A stretch of DNA of 64,000 nucleotides from Prorocentrum cordatum (lineage: Eukaryota), in NCBI GenBank assembly GCA_963575745.1, contig CAUYUJ010000114.1, forward strand, positions 1,426,001 through 1,490,000, read 5' to 3'. Shown here piece by piece: positions 1 to 13,259 of this stretch. Each line of letters starts with the position of its first letter. Position 1 is the first letter of the stretch. The position numbers and the translations under genes are program-made. The notes beneath the pieces are model-generated. The model had not been told where the DNA came from and searched no databases. It was given only the letters and a program-made list of their open reading frames with translations.

Positions 1-890
1 CTCCTCCTCCTCCTTCTCCTCCGCCTCCTCCTCCTCCTCCTCCTCCTCCTCCTCCTCCTCCTCCTCCTCCTCCTCCTCGCTCCCCCCCTCGCCTCCTCCT
101 CCCTCCTCCGCCTCCTCCTCCTCCTCCGCCCTCTCCCCTCCTCTCCTCCGCTCCTCCTTCCTCCTCCTCCTTCTTCTCCACCTCCTCCTCCTCCTCCTCC
201 TCCTCCTCCTCCTCCTCCTCCTCCTCCTCCTCCTCCTCCTCCCGTCCTCCTCCTCCTCCTCCTCCTCCTCCTCCTCTCCTCCTCCTCCTCCTCCCCTATC
301 CTCCTCCTCCTCCTCCTCCTCCTCCTCCTCCTCCTCCTCCTCCTCCTCCTCCTCCATCCTCCTCCTCCTCCTCCTCCTCCTCCTCCTCCTCCTCCTCCTC
401 CTCCTCCTCCTCCTCCTCCTCCTCCTCCTCCTCCTCCTCCTCCTCCTCCTCCTCCTCCCCTCCCCTCTCCTCCTCCTCCTCCTCCTCCTCCTCCTCCTCC
501 TCTCCTCCTCCTCCTCCTCCTCCTCCTCCTCCTCCTCTCCTCCTCCTCCTCCTCCTCCTCCTCCCTCCTCCTCCTCCTCCTCCTCCTCCTCCTCCTCCTC
601 CTCCTCCCCTCCCTCCTCCTCCTCCTCCTCCTCCTCCTCCTCCTCCTCCTCCTGCCTCCCCTCCTCCTCCTCCTCCTCCTCCTCCTCTCCCTCCTCCCTC
701 CTCCTCCTCCTCCTCCCCTCCTCCTCCTCCTCCTCTCCTCCTCCTCCTCCTCCTCCTCCTCCTCCTCCTCCTCCTCCTCCTCCTCATCCTCCGCCTCCTC
801 CTCCTCCTCCTCCTCCTCCTCCTCTCCTCCTCCTCCGCCCTCCTCCTCCTCCTCCTCCTCCTCCTCCTCCTCCTGCTCCTCCTCCCTCCT
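1..890. repeat. (CCT)n microsatellite tract; one of many CCT/AGG tracts across the window
   Basis: Nearly continuous CCT triplets with scattered slips; explains the poly-E/G/R ORF artefacts. Confidence 0.98.
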
Positions 891-1087
891 CCGCGCGGCC
901 GTCTTCGCGCCGTCGCGCCGCCTCCTCGGAGAGGGGCAGCCGCGCTGGCCACGGCTGCGACTCGCGCGCCGGGCGCCGCGAGGCCTGCGCGCCCCGGCGG
1001 GCGCGCCGGGCTCTCTCTTTCGGCGGGGGCGCGGCGCGAGCCCCGTCGGAGCGTTCATCTGCGTGAAGTCGCGCACGGTCGTGCCTC

Positions 1088-1425
1088 ATCGGCGACACGC
1101 GAGAGTGACCCTGGGCAAGAGTGAACTTCAGTGCGGGACGGGAAAAGGACCAGAGCCACTGCTTCTTGTTTGCGCCGCCGTCCAGCCGGCCGAGGAAGAA
1201 GCAGTGGTTGTGGTCATTTCCCTGGTGCCAAGCTGAACGAAAATGACCACAAATACTGCTTTGTTTCTGCTGGCTGTATTTAGTGCGCGGACAGAGGTGG
1301 CGCAAGGTGGCCAAATCCAAGGGCGCAAGCAGCCACTGTCGCATCGCGCTCAGCGGTCGGGGGGTCCCCGGCGAGCCCGCACCAAAGGTCACTCCGGCGA
1401 AGGGTCCCTCTTACGTGTAGTCGAC
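1088..1425. mobile_element. MITE family D, carrying a ~150-bp hairpin-forming insert (~1128-1282)
   Basis: TIR atcggcgacacgcgagagtgaccct ... agggtccctcttacgtgtagtcgac with CTC on both sides; shorter copies at 7849-8033 and 49528-49718. Confidence 0.8.
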
Positions 1426-1807
1426 CTCAGAGCGCCGCCACGTTCTGGATCAGGGTGACCTTGCCCAGGAACTGGGAGAACTTGAGCGGCTCCCCCTGCG
1501 GCTCCCCCTCTCGGGAGGGAGCCGGGGATCTGCCGACCCGGGTCCGTGCAGACCCGGGTCGGTCAGGATCCTGCAGCATCCTGCAGGATCCTGCGACCCC
1601 AAGCCCGGATCAGTGCGACCCTGGCCCAGGAGGAGGAGGAGGAGGAGGAGGAGGAGGAGGAGGAGGAAGGATCCTGCAAGGTCTGGCGCTCTCTGACTGG
1701 CCCCCGCCTGCACCAACCCCGGCCTCTGGAGCCCCGAGGGGGCCCGGCCGAGACGGCGGCAGCCCTCCCTGGCACTTCTTTTGGTCGCCCTCTCTTACGC
1801 AGAAAAC

Positions 1808-1952
1808 ATCTGTACACCACCACCGTGCCAGGCCAGGGCCATCCTGGGTCCTGGGATGGTGTATACGCCCCTCCTGGCCGAGCCAGGAGGGTCTATACAC
1901 CATCCTGGGGCCCAGGATGGCCCTGGCCGGGCACGGTGGTGGTGTATAGATG
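1808..1952. mobile_element. Foldback (near-perfect palindromic) MITE
   Basis: catctgtacaccaccaccgtgcc... pairs with ...ggcacggtggtggtgtatagatg over most of its length. Confidence 0.75.
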
Positions 1953-2349
1953 CCTTCGTCGGATCTCTGGGCCTCGTCTGGAGGCTCCTCGTCGCCGCGG
2001 CTGACATCCGCATCGGGAGACGTGTCGGGATGGAGCCCAGGAGGGGTCTGGGACCGATCTTGAACGGGTGTGGGCGGGCGGGCGGGCCGACGTTGTCTCA
2101 GCGGGCATTCCTCTCCCCCTCCCCTCCCCCATCCCGGTGCCCCCGTCCTGAGCCCCACCCCATGCCTCCCTCCTGCGCCACCCTCCCCTGTTCCCCTCCT
2201 CACTCCTGCTCCTGCCACCTGCGCCCCAATCACCCCCTGATTGCCCTCCCTCTCCTGCTCATCATTACTGCTACCGTTCTTCGCCGTCTTCTTATCACCA
2301 GCCTTCCTCCGCCGCTCGAGCCGCCCAGTCCCCGCCGAGCGGCTGCCGC

Positions 2350-3680
2350 GCCGCGCCTGGCGCACGTGGAAGCAGCTGCCGAATGCACGCGCGCAGGCTG
2401 GATGCCGAGTGCCCCCGCCTCCTCCTCCTCCTCCTCCTCCTCCTCCCTCCTCCTCCTCCTCCTCCTCCTCCTCTTCCTCCTCCTCCTCCTCCTCCTCCTC
2501 CTCCCCCTCCCCCTCCCCCTCCCCCTCCCCCGCACCTCCGCGCACACACTCCCGCGCGGGAAAAAATCGACTGGCCGCGCGCTGGAGGCTCCCCCTCGGG
2601 GCATCCAAGAGTGCAAAAGCGCGTGCCGAGTGCACGCGTGCCGATGGCACGTTCTGTGCCCCCCTCCGCGCACGTGCTCTCACGTCTGGCCGCATGCTGC
2701 AGAACCGCCCCAGCGCCCCAGCGCCTGCATGTGTGAAAGCACCTGCCAAATGCACGCGTGCCGAACACATGCTGGAAACACCTTCGTGCACGAACTCTGT
2801 CGTGTGAGGAGCCAGCCGGCCGCTGCACACGTGAAAACACTGGGCACATGCATGTGAGCCAGACGCATGCTACTCCTGTCTGGGCACAGACTCTCACGTG
2901 TGCAAGAATCCGACAGCTGCATGTTTACCAAAGGCACACATGCCGAGCGCATGCTAGATCAGATACCCTCTCTCCGCAGACGTATTCTCACGCGTAAAGA
3001 AATCTGCCAGACGCATTTTGGACACCCACTCTGGGGGGCCTGCAAGTTGTGAAAGCGCGAGCCGAACGCACATCGAACACCGCCCATCTGTCCACGCGTC
3101 CTCACGTGTGAAGAATCCGCCAGCCGCATGCTGGATACCACTCTGGCGGACTGCACACGTGGAATCACTTGCCAAATGCACGCGCGCCGAACGCATGTTA
3201 GATACCAACTCCGCGCACCATGTTTTACGTCCTACATGTTAAGGATCCGCTGGCCGCTTGTTGGGTACTCCCCTGGGGCCGACACACGTCGTGAAAACAA
3301 AAGCCAAATGCACGCGTACCGAGCGCAGGTTGCACACCCCCCTTTGCGCACGTAGTTCACATGAGAGAAGTCCGCCAGCCGCATACTGGACACCCGCATT
3401 GCAAACCCATTCAAGTGAAAACACGTGCCAAATGCACGCGAACCGAACGGATGCTGGATGCACCCTCTCCGCGCACTTGTCTGCACATGTGAGAAATCCG
3501 CTGGCCGCATCCTGGAGACCCCACTGGGGGGCCTACACACAAGAAAATACGAGTAACATGCAGGCGTGCCGAATGCAAGTTGGGACGCCCCCCTCCGCGC
3601 ACCTTCTTCTGCGCGTGCAAGACGCATGGACCCCGCGTGCAAGACGCACACGTGGTGAAGCACCCGACGCATCATCTAGG
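2350..3680. repeat. Degenerate satellite, ~120-130 bp period
   Basis: gcc(a/g)a(a/g)tgcacgcg motif recurs at ~2378, 2625, 2745, 3171, 3303 and 3427, with CACGTG/GCATGC-rich units. Confidence 0.75.
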
Positions 3681-4764
3681 GCCAGAGGCTCAAGGGAGAA
3701 AGAGAACCATGGGCCCACGCCCGCACCCGAAACAAGCAGAAAGCCCGATGCACCTCTACTGTGCCTGGACCTCTCGCAGGCTGCCTTCTGACCTGCCGAA
3801 GCGAATCTCCTAGCAGTGGCGGCGAGGGCCCCCCAGGAAGCCCGACGAGGCGGCAGCGGAGGCAGGGCCTCGGTATCGGTCTGTGCTTCTCCTCCGACGC
3901 ATTGGGCCAAACCTCCTCCTCCTCCTCCTCCTCCTCCTCCTCCTCCTCCTCCACCACCTCCACCTCCTCCTCCTCCTCGCAATCAGAGGCTCCCGACGCC
4001 GTGCCTCCCTCCTTCCGCCCTCCTCCACCTCCTCCACCTCTTCCTCCTTCTCAGAATCAGAGGCTCCCAGCGCCGTGCCTCCCTCCTTCCGCCTCTGGAA
4101 GCCTCCCAGGTGGGGTCCGAGCAGGTGGGGTCGGAGGATCTCGCGCCGCATCGCCAAAATGCATCGGCGATGCTGCGCGATCCCCAGGACACCAGCTGCT
4201 CGAACCCCATGCAGGGGGGTCTGAAGCGCCATCCGAAGATGTGACTTCTCCAAAATCCGCGGCTTCAGAATCCCGACCGATTCCCTGAGGGTAGATTCTC
4301 GCCCCAGATCTGTTTCTGATGGCCCTGGGGGCCCCCGGAGGCCGAAGTCCAGGAGAAACGCCTGCGCTGCAAAAACACATCTCGTCGGGAGAGCTGGGTT
4401 TCAAAACCATGGCTGGGACCTCTGGCGGCCGCTCGGGGACGATTCTAGCACCCCCCTGGACGCTCTCAGAGGGGCGCAGCGGATGCACGGCGCCTCGAGG
4501 CAAGACCTCCTCCAGGAACCGACGGGGGGCCCTCCAGGACACCCCCCCCCGGGCTCGGCGACCCGGGCCGTCGGAGATCTGGGCCCGTCCCCTCCTCGTC
4601 CTCCTCCTCCTCCTCCTCCCCCTCCTCGTCCTCCTCCTCGTCCTCCCCCTCCTCCTCCTCCTCCTCCTCCTCCTCCTCCTCCTCCTCCTCCTCCTCCTCC
4701 TCCTCCTCCTCCTCCTCCTCCTCCTCCTCCCTCCTCCTCCTCCTCGCCCCGTCCCCCACCCCGC

Positions 4765-4854
4765 CTTCGTCGGGCTCTCGCGCGTCCCCGCGCCGAGCGC
4801 CGGGATGGCGAAGTCGGCCAGCGTGCGGCGCCTCGGGCTCCGCGAGCGCGCCAT
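4765..4854 (-). CDS. Probable first exon of an unknown gene (MARSRSPRRRTLADFAIPALGAGTRESPTK)
   Basis: GCC-ATG-G start context, strong GC3 bias, ends at an AAG|GC donor; later exons not confidently placed (candidate ~890-1058). Confidence 0.45.
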
Positions 4855-4939
4855 GGCTCGAGCACGCGCCGCGCGGGGCCCGCCGCCCGGTGGCTGCCAG
4901 AAGGGCTCCGAGCGAGCGCGCGCTCGACGGCAGCAGTGC

Positions 4940-5102
4940 TGAAGGGGCCCCAGGACACACAAATAAATACACACGAATAGAAATTTTCCCCCTATTTTCC
5001 TATATTTTCTGGGTTTCTGTCTTCCCCCCCACTTCCCATATTTTCCCATATTTTTGGGGACATCGAAAATTAATTGTGTCTGTGTGTTTTTTCCTCTCCT
5101 GA
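4940..5102 (-). mobile_element. Family B ~160-bp element (TCAGG...CCTTCA on minus strand), 5-bp TSD
   Basis: Flanks agtgc/ggtgc; eight copies in the window. Confidence 0.85.
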
Positions 5103-5366
5103 GGTGCGTGGGGAAGCAGGAGGACACACGAGTACGGTGCGACCCCCTCGGAGGCGCACGTCCGACCCGAGCATCTATACCACAGGGACATGACATCGTT
5201 GCGCATCCTTACCCAGGCGGTGTGGCCAGGCAGCGCCCACCGCCGAGCATGCACCGTGAGATGTCTGCGTCGCCCCCCGGAGGGCCGACACGCACACAGA
5301 GTACAAATCTGCCTGGGCGATGCCGGCGGAAGGCATGGCACCAGCAGGGGACACGAATTGGCGGCG

Positions 5367-5491
5367 CGCAGAAGGGGGTAGGGGGAAAGGGGAAGGCTTC
5401 TTAGAAGGGGATTGCTTCTTAGAAGGCGCCGTCTAAGAAGCAGTGATGCTTCTAAAAAGCCTTCCCCCTCCCCCTACCCCCTCCCCCTGCG
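5367..5491. mobile_element. Palindromic MITE
   Basis: cgcagaagggggtaggggg...ccccctacccc...ctgcg with internal ttcttagaag inverted arms; half-copies at ~46930-46995 and ~63085-63140. Confidence 0.65.
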
Positions 5492-6359
5492 CGTGGCCGA
5501 ACGAACGAGAAGGAAAACAGCGACAGGCACACGACCATGAGGGGCAACGATCGGGGAACCAGTTCGAGGCATCGGCGACAGGTCCTCGATCGCAGCCTGG
5601 GCGGGAGGGGCTATCGGGCCCCCATCGACGATGAATCAGCGGGCGACTGGGATGCCTTAGAACTTATGTGGGTCCCTGGGGCCTCCGGGGGGGATGAGGA
5701 GCGTCCGCGGGCAGCCCCCCTGGACCTACCGCGTCCGCACCTTCCGCGCGGAAGGTGCCGCAGCCGAGGTCTCGACGGTGGCCGCCGCCGCGGCTGCGGC
5801 GACAACCGCGGCAGCGCGGCACCTGCCGCGCGGAAGGTGCGGCAGATTAGGTGGCCACATCCGAACCCTACCCCCGCCAAGCATCAGGTTCTCCTGCATC
5901 GATGGGAGGCATGGGCAGGGTTCCGATTTCGCCACCTCTTCGACGCATTCCGAACCCTACCCCCGCCGCCCATCGAGCTGCCTGAACCGTCGATCGGCGA
6001 GGGTAGAGGGCAGTTTTTAAGACATGGGATTTAAACACATATTGGATTCTAATGCATGATTCATTTACAAATAAACCAATGCATAACTTCATCGTTGTTT
6101 TTAGCACGAAATCCCTGCATTTGTTATACATGATCCGCACGCGGAGCGTGTATTAAAAACGGCACTGTAGGGTTCGGAGTTCGCCGCCGAGCGCCTGCGG
6201 TACTGACCGGGGCGTGCCTGCGGCACCGACGTGCCGGCGCGCGGACCCCACACGAGCGGCGAAGGGCGGGGGCCGCGCTGGGATGGCACAGCACGCGGCA
6301 GGGGGCATGGAAGCGTTGGCTGTGGAATCCGTGGCGTGGGAGCAGGAGGAGCTCCAATA

Positions 6360-6533
6360 CAGTCAAAACTGCCAGTAAGGATCACAATAAGGGTGCAGGC
6401 CCCTGGGACACCCATGCCGAGGCCTTTCGAGCGGGGCTGGCCATCGAGGGCAGTCGAGGATGGACCGAAGAGGCAAGGATGCAAGGGTACCCTTTTTTGG
6501 AAGGCTGCCCATCCTTACTATCGGTTTCGCCTG
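6360..6533. mobile_element. Tc1/mariner-type MITE (family E), TA TSD
   Basis: ta|cagtcaaaac...gtttcgcctg|ta; related to 11411-11582. Confidence 0.65.
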
Positions 6534-7848
6534 TAAGGAATCCAGGGCCCGCCGGCTGGCCTCGACAGGCCCCCCGAGTGGCCCGGGGCGGCCTCAGCAA
6601 CCTGGCGCCGCCTCGGGCGGCGCCCCAGGGGGCGCTCCGCGCCCCGCGCCCCGGGGTGGAGGCGCCGAGGGGCCGACGAAGACCACTCGGGGGGCCTGTC
6701 GAGGCCAGTCGGGACTGCCTGGGGGGGGGCTGCCTGCGCACAGCCCGAAGCCCCAACGAGACTCGCGCGCGGCACCTCCGTAGGAGGCCACGCGCCGGAG
6801 GCCCGTTCGGAAGCACAGCCCGCACGGCCACAGCAGGGCCGAGCCCCGAAGAGACATCTGGCCACACGGGCACCTGCAAGGGCTCCCCGCTTCGCGCGCC
6901 GCGCTGCGCGGAGTGCGAGCCACTTCGCGCTCTCGCGCCGCCTCCCAGGGGGGAGAAGTGGAGGGGGAGGAGGGATCGGAGCCGAAGCGCGAAGCGCGAA
7001 GCGCGAATAACTGCGCGCCCTCGAGGGCGCCCTTGAGGAACGACCCGAAAGCCAGAACCCCATCTGAACCGAACGCTGTCTTTATTCGAGCGTCTCCACT
7101 GCACCTTCCCCTGACACGCGCGGCCTCTCACCAGCGATATCTGGCTGAGGGCCTGGCGTAGCTGACCGAATCCCCTTCACCAGAACATGTAGGGTGGTAT
7201 GGTTACGGAATGGAGTCGATACATATGGCTCTGGCCCAGGCGGGCCGCGTCCTGTGTGCCCAGCTTCCTGGCAGGCAGGCGGGCTCGCCGGGGTGAGCGG
7301 CAGGGCAGCGGGGCTGCCGTGCAGCAGCGGAGGTCCTGCCACGCGAGGGTACGTCTGTACACGGAGTGTGCTCCTCCTCCTCCTCCTCCTCCTCCTCCTC
7401 CTGCTCCTCCACCTCCTCCTCCTCCTCCTCCACCTCCTCCTCCTCCTCCTCCTCCTCCTCCTCGTCCTCCCCATCCCTCCTCCTCCTCCTCATCCTCCCT
7501 CCTCCTCCGCCTCCTCCTCATCATCATCATCGTCATCCTCCTCCGCCTCCGTCTCCGCCTCCCCTCCGCTCCGCCTCCGCCCCCTCCCCCCTCCTCCTCC
7601 TCCTCCTCCTCCTCCTCCTCCTCCTCCTCCTCCTCCTCCTCCTCCTCCTCCTCCACGTCGCTATGTGATCTCGCGGCTCGCAAGAGCCACTGACCTTGGC
7701 CGCCCCCGCCTTCGCCGCATCGCGAAGTCCCAGGCTCAGCTGCAGAGCAAGAGTCAACCCCCCACCGGAGGCAGGTGCTCGCGGCGGCCAGCCTTCCCCG
7801 CGCGCGCCCAGCTCATCGTCCAACGCGCAACGGCTCCTCGGTCCCTCC

Positions 7849-8033
7849 TTCGGCTACACGCAAGAGCGACCCTGGGTAAGAGCGGCCTGTAGTGCGCAGA
7901 TTGAGGGGGCGCAAGGTGGCCAAATCCAAGCGCGCATGCAGCCACTATCGCATCGCGCTCAGCGATCGGGGGGACCCTGTGAGCCCGCACCAAAGGTCAC
8001 TGTGGCGAAGGGTCGCTCTTACGTGTAGTCGAC
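7849..8033. mobile_element. MITE family D
   Basis: TIR cggctacacgcaagagcgaccct / agggtcgctcttacgtgtagtcg. Confidence 0.8.
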
Positions 8034-9587
8034 GCCTCCGATCCTCAGCCCTCCCCCCCACCGCGAACTGCGAAACGATCATCCCCATCGTCTTCACATG
8101 GCCCCCCCCTGAGGGACATCGTACAGGCCTCGACCCACACAGAGGTAACGACAGCAGATGAAGGGTCGGCGGATGTGGAGGCCCCTGGAGGCAGAAGCGC
8201 GCGCGCGCGACCGCCAGCCTTCCCCGCGTGCGCCCAGAGCGTGTCCTGAGGGCCGCCACCGGCTGACCCGCGCTCCGCAGCGTCTCCTGCCTGTGCCGCC
8301 TCCTCCATCTCCTCCTCCTCCTCCTCCTCCTCCTCCTCCTCCTCCTCCTCCTCCTCCTCCTCCTCCTCCTCCTCCTCCTCCTCCTCCTCCTCCTCGGTCC
8401 GCGAGAGGAGTGTGCCAAAATGTGCCCAGTGGGGGCGGGGGGGGGGCACGAGAACGCCCTGGCTCGGACCATACAGTGGAGGCCAGTCCACAAGAAACCG
8501 CCCACAAGAAACCCAACTCTGAGACCCCAGGACGTCCATTGATTGTTGGTGGGAACGTTACGATTTCCATCGCAAAGCCATCCAAACCCAAGAAACCAAG
8601 GGCACCCTGGAGGCAAGCAGGGTGTGTCTTGGCAGGGGCCCCCACTGTATGTGAAGGTGCCTATTGGGCCACGGTCCGCACGAGAGGTGTGTCGAAAGTG
8701 GCTGCAGAGACGCATGCTAACGCCCACACTGGGACCATGGTCGGAGACCCTTGTAGGGGGGCGCGAAATGAGTGAGGGGTACGCCGAAATGTGAGGAACG
8801 AAGAGGAGGAGAAGGAGGAGGAGGAGATGGAGGAGGAGGGGGAGGAGGAGGAGGAGGAGGAGGAGGAGGAGGAGGAGGAGGAGGAGGAGCAGGAGCAGGA
8901 GGAGGAGCAGGAGCAGGAGGAGGAGAAGGCGAGGGGCCGAGGAGGAGGAGGAGGAGGAGGAGGAGGTTGTGGTGTGAGGTGAGGTGGTATGGGGAAACTG
9001 GAGCTCGGCTCTGCGGATTCAACATGAGGACCTAACAACACTGAAGTGTCGGCAATCACCTTCCAGAGATGTCAGAACGCTCACTGTAGCCGCCCCTGGA
9101 CCTCCCCATCCACCACTAGAACCTGCAAAATTCAGCTGGAGGATACCGATAATTCCAGTGGCACAGCGGTGGCAGGCTTGGGTTCTCTGACAGTCCCCTG
9201 AGAAGGATACCTTCGTGCGAGAGCGCGAGCTGTGGCTGAGCGCAAGCGCAGAGCACTCCAGGTACAGGCATCCCGTCTCACAAAAAGGCACGGCCGAGGC
9301 CGTGCGAGAAGGATCCTCGAACCAGGAGCGAAGCCAGTTATCCCCGGCCTGAGGTAGAGACGCCCTGCTGGAGCCCACAGGGGAACCTACGGACGCCGAC
9401 CCGCCCCCCCCCCCCCCCCGAACACATGTGTTTCCTCACTTCGACGCCTCCCCTCCTCCTCCCTCCTCCTCCTCCTTCTCCTGACCCTCCCCCTCCCCCT
9501 CCTCCCTCCTCCTCCTCCTCCCTCCTCCTCCTCCTCCTTCTCCTCCTCCCCCTCCTCCTCCTCCTCCCCTATGGGTGGGCGGAGCGC

Positions 9588-9653
<66 letters not shown>

Positions 9654-10244
9654 AAAAGGGGCACCGAGCACACACGTCGGGGGCGCGATGCTCTCTCTGG
9701 CAGCGGTGGCGCGCAAGCGCAGCCTGGCGCAGGGACGGGAAACACGTCGCGCTGACCTGGTTGTGACAGCACGTCTCTGCAAGCGTTCGCGCTCAGGCTG
9801 AGGGACTCGGCAACTCGTGTCGCCTCCAGCCTGGCAGATGACAGGCAAAACAGCGAACCGTTCGCCGAGAACAGGACGCGTGTCCTTGAACACGTGCAGC
9901 ACCTCGAGACCCTTGCCCTTCATCTTCTCCATCGCACTCTGATTCCTGAGCTGCGGGAACAACTAACCAATCTCTTCCGATGACACTCGGGCAGCAGCAG
10001 TGCTGCATCTGCTTCATGCGACGCCCACCAATGACACAAAGATACATAGCGGTGCCAGCGTAGTGTGTCCCGTAATGCGTCGCATGTATATTGGCGGCGT
10101 GCGTTTCGCGTCGGGTGTATTCCAAAAGACGCTCAACCTCGTGGTTTGCGTTCGCCCACGCGCCAAATCAACATAGCAAATGTCGGGCGTCATCCGTTCG
10201 CAACTGATTCCCAGATGCATTAAAGATGATCAGTCGTGGTCGTC

Positions 10245-10730
10245 GTCTTCCGTAACCTCCGATGGCTCCAGAGTGGCATTCAAGACGGTTCAGACGGCCC
10301 CCAGACGGCCCAAACTGTGCCCAAGATAGCCCCAAGACGACCGAAGGCCCAAGACGGCCCAGAGGGCCCCCCATGCGGCCCAAGAGGGCCCCAAGAGGCC
10401 CTCAAGGAGGGCCCGAAGAGACCAACATCAGACATGGCATGCCCTACATGGTCTTGGAATACGTTCGCGTTCTCGCCCTTCCCGCCTTCCCACAACCCAA
10501 GGCGGCCAACGAGGACTCCAAGATGGCCCCAAGACGGCCCAGGAGGCCCCCAGAAAACGAGGAAGGCCCCAAGACGGGCCAAGGTGGCCTCTGAGACGAC
10601 GAAGATGACAGCCAACTCGGCCAAGATGGCCCCATCTGACCTCCAAGGCCGTGCAAGATGCTATCCAAGACGGCCAATATGGCGCCAAGCTGGTCCCAAA
10701 TGGCCCGAAGAGGCCAGGAGGCCCCAAAGA
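10245..10730. repeat. CCCAAGA/GGCCC-rich degenerate minisatellite
   Basis: Recurrent ggcccaaga/cccaag units; similar block at ~21790-22200. Confidence 0.7.
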
Positions 10731-11410
10731 GGCCACCTCCTCGTCCACATCTTCCTCCTCCTGCACGTCCTCCTCCTCCACCACCACCTCCTCCCCCTCT
10801 TCCATTTCTAGCTCAGCCCCCTCTTTTTCCCCCAAGTGCTCCCCCGAGCGTTTCCACCAAGACTGGGGGCACACCTGGTCCAATAGCGTTGGCAAACTGG
10901 ATCCAACGCTGGGCCTCACAGGCGATTCCTCGAGGAACGGGGCGGCGGTGATTCGCCGCAGGCGTGTTCAATATACACACATGGAGGCAACAGAAGCAAG
11001 ACGGAACGAGAGAGAGAGAGAGAAAGCGAAGAAAGAGAGAGAGAGAGAGAAAGAGAGGGAGCGAACAACAAGAGAGAGAACAAAACGCGAGAGAGAGAGA
11101 GAGAAAGAGAAAGGTAAAGAGAGAGAGAGAGAAGAAAGAGAGAGAGAGAGAGGAGAAAGGAAGCAGAGAGAGAGGACGAGAGAGAGATAGAGAGGTGGCT
11201 GGGCAGAAGGAAGGAGGCGGGCTCGAAGAGAACCCTCCAATTGAGACACACAGACGCACACAAGAGAAGGGGGCAGAAGGCGGGCCCTCGAGAGGGAGGC
11301 AGAGGCTTGGCACGAGAGCTCGGCGAGATGCGGTGGCGCGGTCACGAGCATCTTCCCCACTGCGATGGGGTACCTGGCGTCGGAGGGAGGTGGGGAGGAG
11401 GGAGGGACTA

Positions 11411-11582
11411 CAGTCAAAAACCCTAATAAGGACGCGCGGTAAGGACGCAAGATCCTTGGAAGCCGAAGGAAGGATTTTCGGGCGGCGGACGACGAAAACC
11501 CCAAGGACGCACGAGCAAGGAAGAGCAAGGACGCAAGGGTACCCTGAGCAAAGTCGCGCGTCCTTACTAGGGTTTTTGACTG
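11411..11582. mobile_element. Tc1/mariner-type MITE (family E), TA TSD
   Basis: ta|cagtcaaaaaccctaataaggacgcgcg ... cgcgcgtccttactagggtttttgactg|ta; close copy at 38407-38580. Confidence 0.9.
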
Positions 11583-12181
11583 TACCATGGGACTGCCTTG
11601 CGAAGCACCTTAGCTCTGCCTACAGCACCCTCTCGAGTGCCAACGGGCACACTCACACTCAAACACCTTGCCGCGAGACAGTGCCATCGTCACGACCTGC
11701 CCCAGTGGGCAGGCGCCACATTTCAGAAGACGATGTGCTTAGACAGCAAAAGCATATTGATCTCCTGGCGTAGACACATGCGCAAAACAAATCAGACGAG
11801 CAGCGTTCCGGGTGGCACGCGCTATTCGGTGCGGGACGCCGGCAAAGCAATCCTTCTCCCTCTCCTCCTCCTGTCCACCTCCTCTGCATCGTCATCCTAT
11901 CATTCCTCCTCCCCCTCTCCCTCGCCTCCCCCTCCTCATTCTCCTCGTGATCCTCCTCTTCTCTCTCCTCGTCACCATCGTACTGCTCATCCTTTTGATC
12001 CTCCTCCTACTCTCCCTGGTCCTCTTCGTTCCCCGTGTTATTTTCGAGCGTCGTTCGCCCCGAAAGGGTGTTCGGGGTTCGACGCTGGCTTGACCAGCTG
12101 ATATGTTGTACACGCTTGTCGGCCCAAGGTCATTCGGCTACTTTTTGGAGCGCCACATCATATTTCAATGATCGTCTGTTA

Positions 12182-12216
<35 letters not shown>

Positions 12217-12808
12217 CTGATCAGGAAAGCAGGTCCGAGAGCAGATCCGAGAGCGCAGATCCTCGGGTCAGGGAGAAGGTGGGGTGAGGAGCGATGGTGG
12301 AGAGAGTGTCACGATGGGGCACTTCGGGGCGCCCCTTCGAGCCAACGCAATACAGTGCTAGAAAGCTGACATGCTGCCCAGCATGGCTCCTACTGTATTC
12401 AAAAGCCAGGCCCCTCGACGCGCTACTCTGGCATGGTGGCTACTCTTGCGTGGTTGCTACTCTTGCGAATTTCCCGGGCTACTCTTGCATGGTGGCTCTG
12501 AACCGAACTGGTAGCCATCAACCCGCGTTTTCCGCGACCAAAACGGCCGAACTTGAGCCCCTGCCGAACCAGTCGGATACGGACCAATCAATTCGAACCG
12601 GATCGATGAATCGAACCGCTGGGCGAAAACTGACCCGAACAGCCAAGCCGAACCAGTTGGAATCGAACCAGCCCCGGAGGGGCCTTGTCCGGTGAGGCCT
12701 GGAAGGGCCCGGTGCGGCCTGGTGGGGCCCGGTGCCCAAACCCCCCCACGTCAGACGCCCAGGAACTCCCCGTGGGACGCCGGCCTTGGGTTCTCTTGTC
12801 TCCCATTA

Positions 12809-13101
12809 TTTGGATCACAGCATTTGTTGCCTAGCGAAATAGGCGGGTTATAAATGGATGCTCAGATGGGTCATGTCTGGTTGAGCTTAGCTTATAAGTG
12901 AGTGACAAATGCCCTAAGCGGCTTGGTGGTGGTAAGATCTGGGCGATGTGGACTCCGCCAACTTAGCGGATTTATCTAACCACCCTAAGCCACTTAGGGC
13001 ACTTGTAGCCCATGTGTAAGCCACGTCTTGCCAAATCGAACCCACCTGAACATCCATTTATAAGCCGCCCATCCACTAGGCAACAACCGCGGTGATCCAA
13101 G
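12809..13101. mobile_element. Long-arm foldback MITE, TA TSD
   Basis: ttggatcac..ttgttgcctag..ttataaatggatg.. mirrored by ..catccatttataa..ctaggcaacaa..gtgatccaa; arms over 100 bp. Confidence 0.85.
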
Positions 13102-13259
13102 TAAAACTCTGGGAGGTCAGATGACGCTTGCGTCTGTCAGGCGGGAGAGCTTGCGTTCGTAAGGCGTGCGCAAGAGCATGCCACGAGATTGAGGTTTGGC
13201 TGCAAAAGCGCATTCCGAGCAGAGAAGGGGCCTTCCAAGGAAAAAGGGGAACCCAATGC

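Noticed and set aside
9030..10235. Non-repetitive coding-like fragments (similar ones at ~15800-16200, 32690-33050, 36930-37260 and 51610-51900)
   Set aside because: Short, stop-interrupted and with no recognisable motif; cannot be assigned without a search
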